Source: Mizuhopecten yessoensis (lineage: Eukaryota). Taken from it: DNA of 64,000 bases. The position numbers and the translations under genes are program-made. Where the stretch lies: contig NW_018480077.1 of NCBI RefSeq assembly GCF_002113885.1, positions 1,153,930 through 1,217,929 of the forward strand. The letters are read 5' to 3'. The notes under the pieces were generated by a model, which saw only the letters and a program-made list of their open reading frames with translations, made no database searches and had not been told where the DNA came from. Position 1 is the first letter of the stretch. The number at the start of each line of letters is the position of its first letter. Positions 49,901 to 60,800 of this stretch are shown here, in pieces.

Positions 49901-51857
49901 ACAAACAAACAAACAAACAAGCATACTAAGTTCTTCCATATACATGCTGCTGATAGAGAAACTTACATACTGTACCATACTCGCTTCTCCCATACACCTG
50001 TCTCGGACAGTGGGATTTACATTATTGATCCTGCCCACTATTCTCACACACATCAATGACAGGAGTATTTATACTATAAACTCTAAATACGCCCATTTTC
50101 CTTTTTTCTTAACAATTCCTTTGCTTAACCCTTAATGTATTGCCAAACCCATTGATAATGTATGTTTTACTGAACAAATGGAGGCAAAACAACAAGAAAT
50201 TGCAGTATCAAGAAAGATTAGAAGTCAGTGATACCTTGATAATTATTTAATTACAGGTCTACAGGAGGATGGTCAAGTGTTGTACCTATCTCCAGTGTCA
50301 TACTCAGGTAAAGTACACGTCCAGTCCAGCTGTCCACACAGTCAAACACTGAACCCTTTCAGTGGATACTTTTTTTATCGGCTCCTCTATTAGACCTTAT
50401 GGTTTATTAAAACTGTTGCCCTAATTAATTCTGGCCCTGATTTTTAAAAGAAAACTCCCTTAGAATCAAACCTAAATCTTAGCTTCAGTAGGAACTACAG
50501 TAAGTAACTTAACTAATGGTCATTATCTTGTAGTTAAGGATATATGCTACCTAACTAAAATACCCACCTTTCTTTCCCAAAGAGTTTTTCTCTGATAACT
50601 CAGGAAAGTATCTGTTCTGAATAGTTAAATGAGCCTAGGTAATTAATCAATATCACATTAAACAGATGTATTACATAGGATCAAATGCATGCATTTATTT
50701 GCAGAAAGGAGGATTACTGATTTAATTAATCATTGGTATATTAATTTACGGTAGCATATATCCTTAGATGTATACATAGACCTTTGATAATTTGTAGGTG
50801 GCAGTGCTGTGTCAGTTCCTGGACGAGGTGGACTACACCACAGCGTTTAAGGGACTCCAGGAAAAGAATGTGTATGACGCGATGGACTCCTACTACCCCT
50901 GTGTCTGGGATATCAGCATTCTCGAGTTTCTTGTCCGTATCCTTTCATATCTTAAGTAAACATAAACTTTGACCTTTATTAGAAATATGGTGACCCTTTT
51001 CCTGTGGTTGATGTAAGTTACCTTGTGACTTTGTTTCAAAATTCTGTGACCTGATTCAATTATTGTTGTATCTGTTCTGTGGTCTGATTACCTATGCTGA
51101 GTTTATTGTGACCTTTTAACAACTTTCAAATCTGACTTCTATGACATTTTGATCTCTACTGGTATGTTGTGTCACCTTGACTCCTCCTAGATCTACACAC
51201 AAGAAGGGGAGAGGTAGAGAAGAGACAGGCAGCTGTATGTACCAACTTCTCTGTTATTATGCATTAAATATGAAAAATAACAATACAATTCCATCTTTGC
51301 GTATTGCAGAGTTATCTTCTCTTGTGAGCAGGTATTGATTGTTACGTCATTGGTTTGTGAGAGAAAAGTCATCAATTTTTGAGAAAACAACGTAATTTTC
51401 TCACACAAACCAATGACGTTACAATCAATACCTGTTCACAAGAGAAGATAACTCTACAATACGAAAAGACAGAATATATGGAGCAATCTCATTGTGGTAC
51501 AATATTCATCAAATGCCACCATGATAAGTATGAGACTTAATACCAGGACTATGAGGCTTGTTAGTGTTCCTTCACTGATGGAATTGATAGACAAATTTTG
51601 ATACTGGAAAATAGCTTTAAATCTTTTTATTCTTCAGGCAAAATGTAATTATAGAAGTTAAAGGGCAGTAACTCTGTTTTCCTTTCCTACAAATCTCTTA
51701 GTAATTTCAAGTTTCCATTAAATTTTCATTTCTGTTTTAGATGAAGGCACTCAGCCAGATAGACTTGAACAGCAACAACCCGGAGGATATTGTACAGAGG
51801 GCTGTACAGATGAGGAAACGCAAATTCCTTCGTTCCCTGGCCAAACAGTATCTCTGA
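19809..51857 (+). CDS. INTS8: Integrator complex subunit 8; 25 coding exons, 1018 aa
   Basis: N-terminal SWFEFLL..KLLE.HL...PDPTPVQLI.QFL, LKMLALKV.A.L.W.L, YYRW and C-terminal AVLCQFL...DY..AFK...WD..ILE.L...RKRKFLRSLAKQYL match INTS8 motifs as recalled. All 25 exons join in frame (3057 nt). Confidence 0.93.
21469..21633 (+). CDS. INTS8: INTS8 coding exon 2
   Basis: DPTPVQLIIQFLQQAE...; CAG| acceptor, G|GTAGTG donor. Confidence 0.88.
21793..21945 (+). mobile_element. Short non-autonomous HINE/Helentron-like element
   Basis: CACCCCC...GGGGGGCATATAGTGTTGCCCATGTCCGTCCCGTCC head (hairpin plus GTCC microsatellite) and GGGGGCATTCA...CTAGTT tail, resembling bivalve HINE/CvA-type elements. Confidence 0.55.
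22790..23600. repeat. 36-bp minisatellite (CCACACTGTCCTATTACTGTCTATAGGGACCACTAA), with 40-bp variants
   Basis: About 22 tandem units in INTS8 intron 2; explains the periodic ORF 23321-23560. Confidence 0.95.
23678..24409. mobile_element. Non-autonomous DNA transposon (MITE), 14-bp TIR CAGGGTTCGAATTT, apparent 5-bp TSD TATTT
   Basis: tattt|CAGGGTTCGAATTT ... AAATTCGAACCCTG|tattt; TTGCAATTTGCA subterminal motifs near both ends. Confidence 0.85.
24430..24850. repeat. ~32-33-bp minisatellite (CTGTCTATAGTGACCATCCCTTTCCCCATTAT)
   Basis: About 12 units; shares the CTGTCTATAG.GACCA core with the 36-bp array. Confidence 0.9.
28697..28762. repeat. Tandem duplication, 2 x ~33 bp
   Basis: AACCGGTGTTATAGCACCAATAAAGAAGTCAAAA occurs twice in tandem. 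Confidence 0.85.
29032..29760. repeat. 52-bp minisatellite (GGGTGAAATTAGCACTGGGCAAATACAGATTATACCAGTGTTATAGAGTGGA)
   Basis: About 14 units; each has an internal CACTGG/CCAGTG inverted repeat. Confidence 0.95.
29979..30084 (+). CDS. INTS8: INTS8 coding exon 3
   Basis: DTKLQIKELKKVTALKMLALKVTAYLNWNLTLLSK. Confidence 0.88.
30615..30824 (+). CDS. INTS8: INTS8 coding exon 4
   Basis: VPLVMQHALLNELL...LYYRWCLLAVVKDSFP; |GTAAGT. Confidence 0.9.
31325..31385 (+). CDS. INTS8: INTS8 coding exon 5
   Basis: QGQPDPNMTLAAANENLIRT; phase-consistent. Confidence 0.83.
31832..32005 (+). CDS. INTS8: INTS8 coding exon 6
   Basis: LKERTAVFVANLEKC...EYNCQ. Confidence 0.85.
32460..32552 (+). CDS. INTS8: INTS8 coding exon 7
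   Basis: IFYDLGNFYFYEKGYSHAYVMFKRC; |GTGAGT. Confidence 0.87.
32758..32910 (+). CDS. INTS8: INTS8 coding exon 8
   Basis: LKSPVYCNIDETRLRGYMTGC...QYM. Confidence 0.87.
32994..33304 (-). mobile_element. HINE/Helentron-like non-autonomous element remnant
   Basis: AAACAAG start, CCAAGTTTGGTTG core motif, GACGGA then a GTCTCGC...GTGAGAC hairpin followed by an A-run. Confidence 0.45.
33789..33886 (+). CDS. INTS8: INTS8 coding exon 9
   Basis: GIVEILLADNMKQELSTSYRSDIE. Confidence 0.87.
33945..35810. repeat. 38-bp minisatellite (CCCTGTGACACATCTTTCTGTCTCCCTGTAAACCTATC) filling INTS8 intron 9
   Basis: More than 40 units; a divergent block is repeated at ~34840 and ~35477; the array shifts to a GACCTGTCTTACT... 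variant near the acceptor. Confidence 0.95.
35835..35967 (+). CDS. INTS8: INTS8 coding exon 10
   Basis: LYVQVGICNVVRGVMEG...FLLM. Confidence 0.86.
36351..36415 (+). CDS. INTS8: INTS8 coding exon 11
   Basis: VITKALMGASFTQKNNLKCFI; strong acceptor. Confidence 0.83.
37212..37405 (+). CDS. INTS8: INTS8 coding exon 12
   Basis: HLMDLSPAG...SNPGSR; G|GTAAGC. Confidence 0.85.
38150..38313. mobile_element. Palindromic (foldback) MITE-like element
   Basis: ~75-bp arms GGTCCCCAAAC...AAATTGTAAAAGACA / TGTCTTTATACAATTT...GTTGGGGAACC with a short spacer. Confidence 0.75.
38381..38464. mobile_element. Miniature piggyBac-type MITE (84 bp)
   Basis: TTAA|CCCTGTCACCCCTGT ... ACAGTGGTGAAAAGGG|TTAA. Confidence 0.7.
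39059..39256. mobile_element. Palindromic MITE, copy 1
   Basis: ~75-bp arms TTATTCCGTCTTT..GTATTGCAGAGTTATC...GCAGGTATTGATTG and their reverse complement. Confidence 0.85.
39946..39972 (+). CDS. INTS8: Candidate INTS8 cassette microexon (27 nt; nested 9-nt form 39964-39972)
   Basis: TTCAG|GTGTTTCTTTCTTATCAG|AGGGGACCG|GTAAGT. Both forms are phase 1-1 and stop-free in the INTS8 frame. Confidence 0.55.
42743..42858. repeat. 24-bp tandem repeat (GTCAACTATACCAATAACACTTGC) x ~5
   Basis: Directly visible tandem copies. Confidence 0.9.
43914..44161 (+). CDS. INTS8: INTS8 coding exon 13
   Basis: DSSVSLGNAEHQLMYIYDPD...YLLIGKANHCMDVR; an in-frame alternative acceptor lies at 43899. Confidence 0.87.
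44191..44564. mobile_element. hAT-type MITE with perfect 8-bp TSD
   Basis: AAACTTAG|TAGGGCTGCAAAGATAT ... ATATCGTTGCAGCCTTA|AAACTTAG; CGATAC-type subterminal repeats. Confidence 0.88.
44870..45064 (-). mobile_element. tRNA-derived V-SINE
   Basis: Minus strand: A-box TGGCACAGTGG, B-box GGTTCAATTCC, then V-domain-like GTGGGTTTTCTCCGGGTACTCCAGTTTCCTCCCAC. The 3' boundary is uncertain. Confidence 0.8.
45341..45548 (+). CDS. INTS8: INTS8 coding exon 14
   Basis: IYDRARQLLYVAD...VRWHILLADL...KTCI. Confidence 0.87.
46051..46160 (+). CDS. INTS8: INTS8 coding exon 15
   Basis: VQPSRIVLEHCAAFLLNIRDWHYL. Confidence 0.88.
46630..46714 (+). CDS. INTS8: INTS8 coding exon 16
   Basis: LCRLFSCVCKELP...RDLWEA. 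Confidence 0.87.
47510..47643 (+). CDS. INTS8: INTS8 coding exon 17
   Basis: RHIFTTSTQQNRG...FIEFLKKIK. Confidence 0.86.
47986..48045 (+). CDS. INTS8: INTS8 coding exon 18
   Basis: EPSVLSVLISVITKYYNILR; |GTGAGT. Confidence 0.87.
48441..48502 (+). CDS. INTS8: INTS8 coding exon 19
   Basis: DDISCEISSDYIALWPTTLS. Confidence 0.87.
48964..49082 (+). CDS. INTS8: INTS8 coding exon 20
   Basis: SSLINGEAVEEAL...PSWLRTQADIHF; G|GTAGGT. Confidence 0.87.
49000..49303 (+). repeat. Triplication (3 x 100 bp) of the 3' part of INTS8 exon 20 plus its splice donor
   Basis: GTATTAATGCAGCATG... at 49007, 49107 and 49207; GTAGGT donors at 49083, 49183 and 49283. Confidence 0.93.
49681..49784 (+). CDS. INTS8: INTS8 coding exon 21
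   Basis: NNQFSPAMKYYMEAGVVASDFF...YEDQ. Confidence 0.88.
50257..50307 (+). CDS. INTS8: INTS8 coding exon 22
   Basis: VYRRMVKCCTYLQCHTQ. Confidence 0.88.
50798..50936 (+). CDS. INTS8: INTS8 coding exon 23
   Basis: VAVLCQFLDEVDYTTAFKGLQE...WDISILEFLV; followed by the U12-type donor GTATCCTTT. Confidence 0.9.
50937..51190 (+). other. U12-type (minor spliceosome) GT-AG intron in INTS8
   Basis: 5' splice site GTATCCTTT; branch-point-like CCTTGAC at 51175-51181, a few nt before the AG at 51189-51190. Confidence 0.88.
51191..51234 (+). CDS. INTS8: INTS8 coding exon 24
   Basis: HLHTRRGEVEKRQAA. Confidence 0.87.
51288..51475. mobile_element. Palindromic MITE, copy 2 (same family as 39059-39256, spacer inverted)
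   Basis: Same arms; its central spacer is the reverse complement of that in copy 1. Confidence 0.85.
51741..51857 (+). CDS. INTS8: INTS8 terminal coding exon 25
   Basis: MKALSQIDLNSNNPEDIVQRAVQMRKRKFLRSLAKQYL*; AATAAA at 51931. Confidence 0.9.
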   Translation: MKALSQIDLNSNNPEDIVQRAVQMRKRKFLRSLAKQYL

Positions 51858-53712
51858 TGTTAATCATCACAATAGCAAGATATATGACAGTGCTCACCAT
51901 AAACAGTGCATGATCTCAAAGAAAACAAGAAATAAAGACTAAAAGCAGGGAAGTTTTCAGAGAAGTTGTAACTGTATCAGCAAAATCTCAGCTCATCACA
52001 TTAAAATACCATATGTATACTAATTGTAGTGAACAGGACAGATTCATTTATATTTCTGTATATCCAGGTTTTCCAAATTATCTGTATAGGTCCACTGTAG
52101 TTTCACTGTAAGGACTACAGAACGAATTATCTTCTGACTAACCTGTCGGACACATTCATATGTCATATATCATGTTCGTTTATCTATTGACTATTATTCT
52201 AACAGGTTGTGTCACTCACCAACATTCTTGCATTAATCAGAATCCAGAAAATGTAAATACACAATTCTAATTGTATAAGTCAGTCATCACATGTGAAGTT
52301 GTGTTTCAGCCACAACTGAAGACAGATGAAAACGGAATCTTGTAGAATTCTTCCTGGTTTGTGGTATAAAAAAAAGCCAAAAAGTGCTACCTTTTTAACT
52401 GCTGTTTGTGTCAGTTTTGCTAGTCCCATGGTTTTCTTGTGCCAGTGTTAACTGGAACATTGTTTTTTTCTGGATACTAATGGTACAGAAAACACTATGT
52501 CTGGAACTAAACTGTGTTGCTGTTCCATCTACTTGGAAGGTTTTTTTGTTGGGACAAACAAGGTTTCACTTTATATTTATCTTTGGACACCCAGCATTTT
52601 CCATTTAGGTTTCGTAAATTTTTATCTGTTGTACGCAAAATGTTATTTATAACGCACATAATTAAAAAATAATCAAAATCTGGTCACTGCTGACTCCAGC
52701 CAAACGGTCAAGAACTCCATTCTCAATCTGCATTAAGAGTTTTCCCGTGTCTGGATGACTTTTTTAAGATTAAGAAATGGTGTATAAGCTTATTAAGTGT
52801 CTAACCAAATTGATGTCGTACTTACCACGTCCAATCAGGTTTGTGTATGAATCTCAATGCCTGGAGCTGATGTTTCTCTATATAGCATAGTGCTTTTTGC
52901 TGTTCATTTATTTCATTCAAGTGCAGATTCACTGCTACGTGTCTATGAAATACTGTCCCTGGCAAAAGACTTCATAAAGAGTGCAAATTGTTATAGCCGC
53001 AACAAAAGTCATTCATAAAGTTGTGAGAATTAATGCAAACAAAGGAAATCTCCCTGATTTCGAGATGGAAATAAAAGTGATTCTGACAGCATGATATTAA
53101 CAATGTCCACGAATTCAAGTTGATGTGACACATAATTTAACAGAAATAACAGAATTTCTACTGTGGAAAGTAAGTCTATTCACAAGAGTTCAGATGTATG
53201 TAACAGTCGCATTACTTTTTGAACTACAATATATATTTTAGGATAAGTTAAATATATAATTTTTCGTTTTAACTAAATCTTCTTTCTAATAATATACATG
53301 ACAAGGGTAGTAGGATGAGGCAAATATCAAAACTATTGTTGCATTTCTGTGTCATATATCGTCAAGTTTTACATTTACTACATCGTGTTCATCCAATTAC
53401 TGTCTGTAAATAGTGATTAAAACCATCACTTTTTACCAGTATGAAGATAATTGTTAAGTTTGACGACACCATAAGTTGTTATTTTTGATATTTCTTTAAA
53501 GTAATTCAGAGTAAAAAATGACTTATATGGTATTTGATTGTATATATAAATATTGTTTTGTATGGTGTTTTTTTCAGGACGGAAAATAAATACTCTTTTG
53601 ATGTATCTGTTTGAAACGTTTCTCTTTTCATCAATATAACTTCTTTCTAAGAAATACAGAATCACGGTTATAGAAACAGTGACACTGACAACAGGAGGTG
53701 CCATAAATATTC

Positions 53713-56700
53713 GAAATAAGGTTACAAATTCACAAATGTATGATAAGGTTACAAATTCACAAATGTATGATATAAGATTAAAAAAAAATCACAAATATAT
53801 GAAATATGGTTACGAATTCACAAATGTATGACAAGGTTACGAATTCACAAATGTATGAAATAAGGTTAGAAATTCAAAATGTATGATAAGGTTACGAATT
53901 CACAAATGTATGAAATAAGATAACAAATTAACAAACGTATGATAAGGTTACGAATTCACAAATGTGTGAAATAAGGTTGCGAATTCACAAATGTATGAAA
54001 TAAAATAAATTCACAAATGTATGAAATAAGGTTATGCATTCACAAATGTATGAAATAAGGCTACGAATTCACAAATGTATGCAATAAGATAACAAATTCA
54101 CAAATGTGTGATAAGGTTACAAATTCACAAATGTATGAAATAAGGTTATGCATTCACAAATGTTTGAAATAAGGCTACGAATTCACAAATGTATGAAATA
54201 AGATAACAAATTCACAAATGTAGGATAAGGTTACAAATTCACAAATGTATGATATAAGATAAAAAAAATCACAAATATATGAAATAAGGTTACGAATTCA
54301 CAAATGTATGAAATAAGGTTAGAAATTCAAAAGGTATGATAAGGTTACGAATTCACAAGTGTATGAAATAAGATAACAAATTAACAAACGTATGACAAGG
54401 TTACGAATTCACAAGTGTATGAAATAAGGTTACAAATTCAAAATGTGTAAGGTTACGAATTCACAAATGTATGAAATAAGGTTGCGAATTCACAAATGTA
54501 TGAAATAAAATAAATTCACAAATGCATGAAATAAGGTTATGCATTCACAAATGTATGAAATAAGGTTACGAATTCACAAATGTATGCAATAAGATAACAA
54601 ATTCACAAATGTATGATAAGGTATGTATGATAATTCACAAATGTATGAAATAAGGTTATGTATTCACAAATGTATGAAATAAGGCTACGAATTCACAAAT
54701 GTATGAAATAAGATAAAAAATTCACAAATATATGAAATAAGGTTACGAATTCACAAATGTATGAAATAAGATAACAAATTAACAAATGTATGCCAAGGTT
54801 ACGAATTCACAAATGTATGACATAAGGTTAGAAATTCAAAATGTATGATAAGGTTAAGAATTCACAAATGTATGTTAATAAAATAACAAATTAAAATATG
54901 TATGAAAAAGGATTGCGAATTCACAAATGTGTGAAATAAAATAAATTCACAAATGTATGAAAGAAGGTTAAGCATTCACAAACGTATGAAATAAGATAAC
55001 AAATTAACAAATGTAAGACAAGGTTACGATTTCACAACTGTATGAAATAAGGTTAGAAATTCAAATTGCATGAAAAGGTTACGAATTCACAAATGTATAT
55101 TAATAAAATAACAAATTAAAATATGTATGAAAAAAAATTGCGAATTCACAAATGTGTGAAATAAAATAAATTCACAAATGTATGAAAGAAGGTTAAGCAT
55201 TCACAAATGTATGAAATAATATAACACATTCACTAATGTAAGAAGAAAAAAATGCGAATTCACAAATGTAGTAAATAAGGTTATGTATTCATAAATGCAT
55301 GAAATATGGTTAGGAATTCACAAATGTATGAACTAAGGTTACGAATTCATAAATGTATGAAATAAGGTTACGAATTCACAAATGTATGAAATAAGGCTAC
55401 GAATTCACAAATATAAGGTTGCGAATTCACAAATGTATGAAATAAAATAAATTCACAAATGAATGAAATAAGGTTATGCATTCACAAATGTATGAAATAA
55501 GGCTACGAATTCAAAAATGTATGGAATAAGATAACAAATTCACAAACGTATGAACTAAGGTTACGAATTCATAAATGTATGAAATAAGGTTACGAATTCA
55601 CAAATGTATGAAATAAGGCTACGAATTCACAAATGTATGGAATAAGATAACAAATTCACAAATGTATGATAAGGTTACAAATTCACAAATGTATGACATA
55701 AGGTTAGAAATTCAAAATGTATGAAATAAGATAACAAATTAACAAATGTAAGACAAGGTTACGATTTCACAACTATGAAATAAGGTTAGAAATTCAAATT
55801 GCATGAAAAGGTTACGAATTCACAAATGTGTATTAATAAAATAACAAATTAAAATATGTATGGAAAAAAATTGCGAATTCACAAATGTGTGAAATAAAAT
55901 AAATTCACAAATGTATGAAAGAAGGTTAAGCATTCACAAATGTATGAAATAAGATAACAAATTCACAAATGTATGAAAAAAGATTGCGAATTCACAGATG
56001 TATTAAATAAGGTTAGGCATTCACAAATGTATGAAATAAGGTTACGAATTCACAAATGTATGAAAAAAGATTGCGAATTCACAAATGTATTAAATAAGGT
56101 TATGCATTCACAAATGTATGAAATAAGGTTACGAATTAACAAATGTATGCCAAGGTTACGAATTCACAAATGTATGACATAAGGTTATAAATTCAAAATG
56201 TATGATAAGGTTAAAAATTCACAAATGTATGTTAATAAAATAACAAATTAAAATATGTATGAAAAAGGATTGCGAATTCACAAATGTGTGAAATAAAATA
56301 AATTCACAAATGTATGAAATAAGGTTAAGCATTCACAAATGTATGAAATAATATAACACATTCACTAATGTAAGAAAAAAAATTGCGAATTCACAAATGT
56401 AGTAAATAAGGTTATGTATTCATAAATGCATGAAATATGGTTAGGAATTCACAAATGTATGAACTAAGGTTACGAATTTATAAATGTATGAAATAAGGTT
56501 ACGAATTCACAAATGTATGAAATAAAATAAATTCACAAATGTATGAAATAAGGTTAAGCATTCACAAATGTATGAAATAAGTCTCCGAATTCACAAATGT
56601 ATGGAATAAGATAACAAATTCACAAATGTATGACAAGGTTACGAATTCACAAATGTACGAAATAAGGTTCGAAATTCAAAATGTATGAAATAAGATAACA

Positions 56701-57132
56701 AATTAACAAATGTAAGACAAGGTTACGATTTCACAACTGTATGAAATAAGGTTAGAAATTCAAATTGCATGAAAAGGTTACGAATTCACAAATGTATATT
56801 AATAAAATTAAAATTAAAATATATATGAAAAAAAATTGCGAATTCACAAATATGTGAAATAAAATAAATTCACAAATGTATGAAATAAGGTTAAGCATTC
56901 ACAAATGTATGAAATAAGATAACAAATTCACAAATGTATGAAAAAAGATTGCGAATTCACAGATGTATTAAATAAGGTTAGGCATTCACAAATGTATGAA
57001 ATAAGGTTACGAATTCACAAATGTATGAAATAAGGTTACGAATTCACAAATGTATGAAATAAGGTTATGCATTCACAAATGCATGAAATAAGGTTACGAA
57101 TTCACAAATGTATAAAACAAGGTAACAAATTA
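53713..57132. repeat. ~3.4-kb satellite, 29-bp unit GAAATAAGGTTACGAATTCACAAATGTAT, with higher-order structure
   Basis: More than 100 tandem units, many carrying GAATTC; variant blocks recur. Confidence 0.96.
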
Positions 57133-57837
57133 TTCGGCCAAGACTGAAACTACTATGCAGAACCTAACATAATTTTTAAAATTACACGTTATAAAAGATG
57201 GAATTAGTTATTTCGTTTGAGAGTTAAACAGAAAAAGACATACCACATTGTCAATTTACGAAGACAATGAAATTTCGAATTAAAATCAATATACAAAAAT
57301 GACAGGAATTATGGAGACCACAAAACTTCATGGGCGTAACAAAAGTAGTCCGAATTGGAAAGCCTTTCCAGAACTATATGTGGCCGTCATGGTTGCTATA
57401 TATAAATTATATCAATCCGCCTGAAGAAGCCATAGAAAGCAGAAAGGCCTAGCAGAAGATCTGACAGATTTATGTTTTTATTCTAAATTATATATATATA
57501 TATATTCTTCCCATTCGAAAATGCATCGACTTTAAAAGTAACAAGACTGTTTTCTGTCGGCAATCCTCCTATTCACGGTTTACATTAAATTATTTAAAAT
57601 TAAGTGATAAATGTGGGTTTTACTTAGGTTATTATTTTGAAACCCAACCGCATTACTCACTTTTTATTTGTATCTGTCGACATCCTTGTCTGCCATTTCA
57701 CTACCGTTTGGACAACATATTTTGTTTTTGCAATTGTATAATGACCATATGTTTTTTCGTTGATTTGATGGACTATTGTGATATTCTAATTTATTTGACG
57801 CCAAATAGAACCAACGTACGGCAGGATATCTAAGCCT

Positions 57838-57872
<35 letters not shown>

Positions 57873-60800
57873 CATCGAAACACTGAACCATATTTCGACA
57901 AGTAATACGAACAAAAGTGTGAACAAAACTATAAATGGAAGTAAAATCGATAAAACCAATGCAAAATGATAAACAAAAGAGAAAAAATACATTTAGGCCT
58001 TTAAAAAGGTGTAAGAAGAGTCCGACCATGTATTCCGTAAGGAACCATATAAGTGGATGTAAAATCGATAAAATCAATGCAAAATAATACACAAAAAGAG
58101 GAAAATTACATTCAGGCCTTCATTAACCTTCCTATTTGGAAACCCTGTCTTCTTATTCGTCGATGAGACCTCCTGTGTAAGTCAATGTCAAATCCTTACA
58201 ATGTCTCGTCTTCAAAGTGAGAACGGGGCAGCGACGTCAAAAACGTAAAAAGTCATGTCGCACAAGGAAAATAAAATAAATCTTAAATGAAATTGTAGTG
58301 ACCAAAACTGTATGAAGTCTTCATTAATCCGCTTCTTTGGAAGTCCTGTTTTGTAGCTTGTCCGTCAGCATTCGACATCCATCTCAGAAATCGTGAAAGC
58401 GAGCTCATGGATGTTGAACAACTGCGACATATAACCGTAGATATTGAAAAAAAATACGTTTTCACAAGCAAAGAAAAGAAGCAGATAACACAATAATTTC
58501 AATCAAAACATTTAGCATACAGCTCAGAAGTTCAGTGGTTTAATAAATATTTACTATTTTGTATATACAAGTACATGGTTTCGAGATTCTCGCAATCAAA
58601 TGACCGGAAGCAAATTTTCAATAATTGGGTGGGTTTTTTTTGTTTTTTTTAAATGTAAGTTTTGTAAAACATTCTTAATTTTTCTATGTTGTAATAATAT
58701 TCATTTTTTTCACAGTTGATCCGCTATTCTAATGCCTGGTGTATTTATCACAATTTTCTAGATCTAGATAGATGAGTCATGTTGACCTTAAACCCACTAA
58801 CTACAATTATCTTCTATGCACAAGCCTCAATCTATGTTGGAGAAGGTTTTAGGTAATCATCATAATTTGGTTTCAACCTTTGGTCTCGATGCCTTCCATC
58901 ATGAAAGTCTTCTTCGCAAATCTCAACACATTCCAGGATTTGTCAAATCGTGTTTACTCGTTGACTGTAGCCACCATATACATAATATTAACTTACACCA
59001 ATAATCACAAACGTAGTTAACAAAGAAATGAAGACAATTTACAACGGAATAACTACATTTACATACAATCTAGCTGAAGGCGGTATCCATGATAGGGTAT
59101 CGTTAGGCAACACAAACATCACAGGGGTTGCTGAGTTGGTGATAACCTCACCAGTAATCAGTGCAATGGTACAAGTTTACACAAAATCAATTGTACGATT
59201 TTTTCAGTATTAAAGTGTATACAGCAAAACGTTGAAACAATTTATACCATATATTGATTTTTGTGTGTGCATGTATGCTAGTATAACGGGAAAATATTTT
59301 CCGAAACCTTTATAACATTTTTACTAACAGACTAACCACATAAACACTTTCACTCTTTTCATTTTACGTGAATTGTTCATCCATTTTGCTAGTATATGGC
59401 GTGTCGATAGACATTTGCGATCAGAAAACATTGTTAACAGCTAGAGCTGACGGCGGAATACATAGGTGTCACTTGTTCTAGTGCTAACCAGGTCTGCCCA
59501 AAAGGACTTAACAAATTGTTATTTACAAATTGGTTTTATCGTCTTGGTAGAAAACATTGGAGAAATCACGTTGGTTTGTACTTATTGTTTTCGTTCATGC
59601 ATTATGTTGTCGGTTTCATGAAGTACTCGTCTTATTGATTATATAACAGTTAATGTGTCAATTTTAATGAAGTTGTTTATGTTACTCTTCAAACACACGT
59701 GAAAATCGAAGGCTGACTGTAATTGCGTACTTATCCTAACTGCTTCATCACTGCCTCTAGCATTTCATTTTTATTGGTAATTTTTACATTGCGTAATGAC
59801 TCTGCGGTATAATTTTGTTCGTATTTGTTGACAATATTTTACGTTTTGTTGATGTATGTTTATACTCCGATATATTTTGTCCTAGTATGTTTTTAAGCTG
59901 TGGTATTGTGTTTCTTTTTTACATTCCAAAGAATAAGTATGAACCAGCAAATTTCTTACAATTTAGTGGAAATCACTCAGTATATGTAAGGTCCACACCG
60001 CCTTGTCGGTAGCTCAAGGAAACCAAACACTCGGGAAGGGGAAAGATTTCCCAAAACACATGTCACACGCGTACTGTTTCAAAGTTGACACTTCAAAGTT
60101 AGTATCAGTTTCTGTTTTTATATATTATTTTTTTGTAATGTATTAAGATGCAGTTATTTAGCAATTTTCAACAAAACTTTTGTCGATAAAGTGGTGCAAT
60201 TAGTTTCGTTTTGTAAACTATCTGCATTTTGCATCTTAGCCGGAGATAGTAAAGCAAAGTTAGTCATCTTAGTCTGTTTTTGTCTTTTTTTAAAACAAAT
60301 TATTGATTTCCAATAACATTTACATGCTGCAACTGACAATGAGTGTTACGCTTTGTGATTAATTTATTAAGATCATGATTATGGATCCAGGTAACTGATG
60401 CATTTCTCTGTGCAAATACTATATCGCAGGTTTAAGTCAACAGATATGACACGCAGGGTTAACAACAGCAAGGTTATCTTTTCAAAAAAATAAATAATTA
60501 AGGAATTAGAAAAATTATATAAGAATGATTTTAATCCGTTTATGTTCTTTTTATGTAAGAGTGATCAACTCTTATTCTTTAGTACAAATTAGCTCAAATC
60601 AATTTTAGAAGCAAAAATCTATTAAATCCGAAGGAGATGTAATTAGATAATAAAATAATCAAAGCTAACCAGGCTAAATGAACGTTGCAGTATCGGCTAA
60701 TCGAAGCCGGCAACAGCTGGGATGTCAATTTCCTTTGCCGCAATCGATAACCATGTGACAAAATATAAATGTAATTAGTGAATTGTTTCAATATACCTGT

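Noticed and set aside
22790-57132. Regular 29-52-bp repeat arrays resembling CRISPR arrays
   Set aside because: Units are contiguous with no unique spacers, there are no cas genes, and the context is eukaryotic introns; they are minisatellites.
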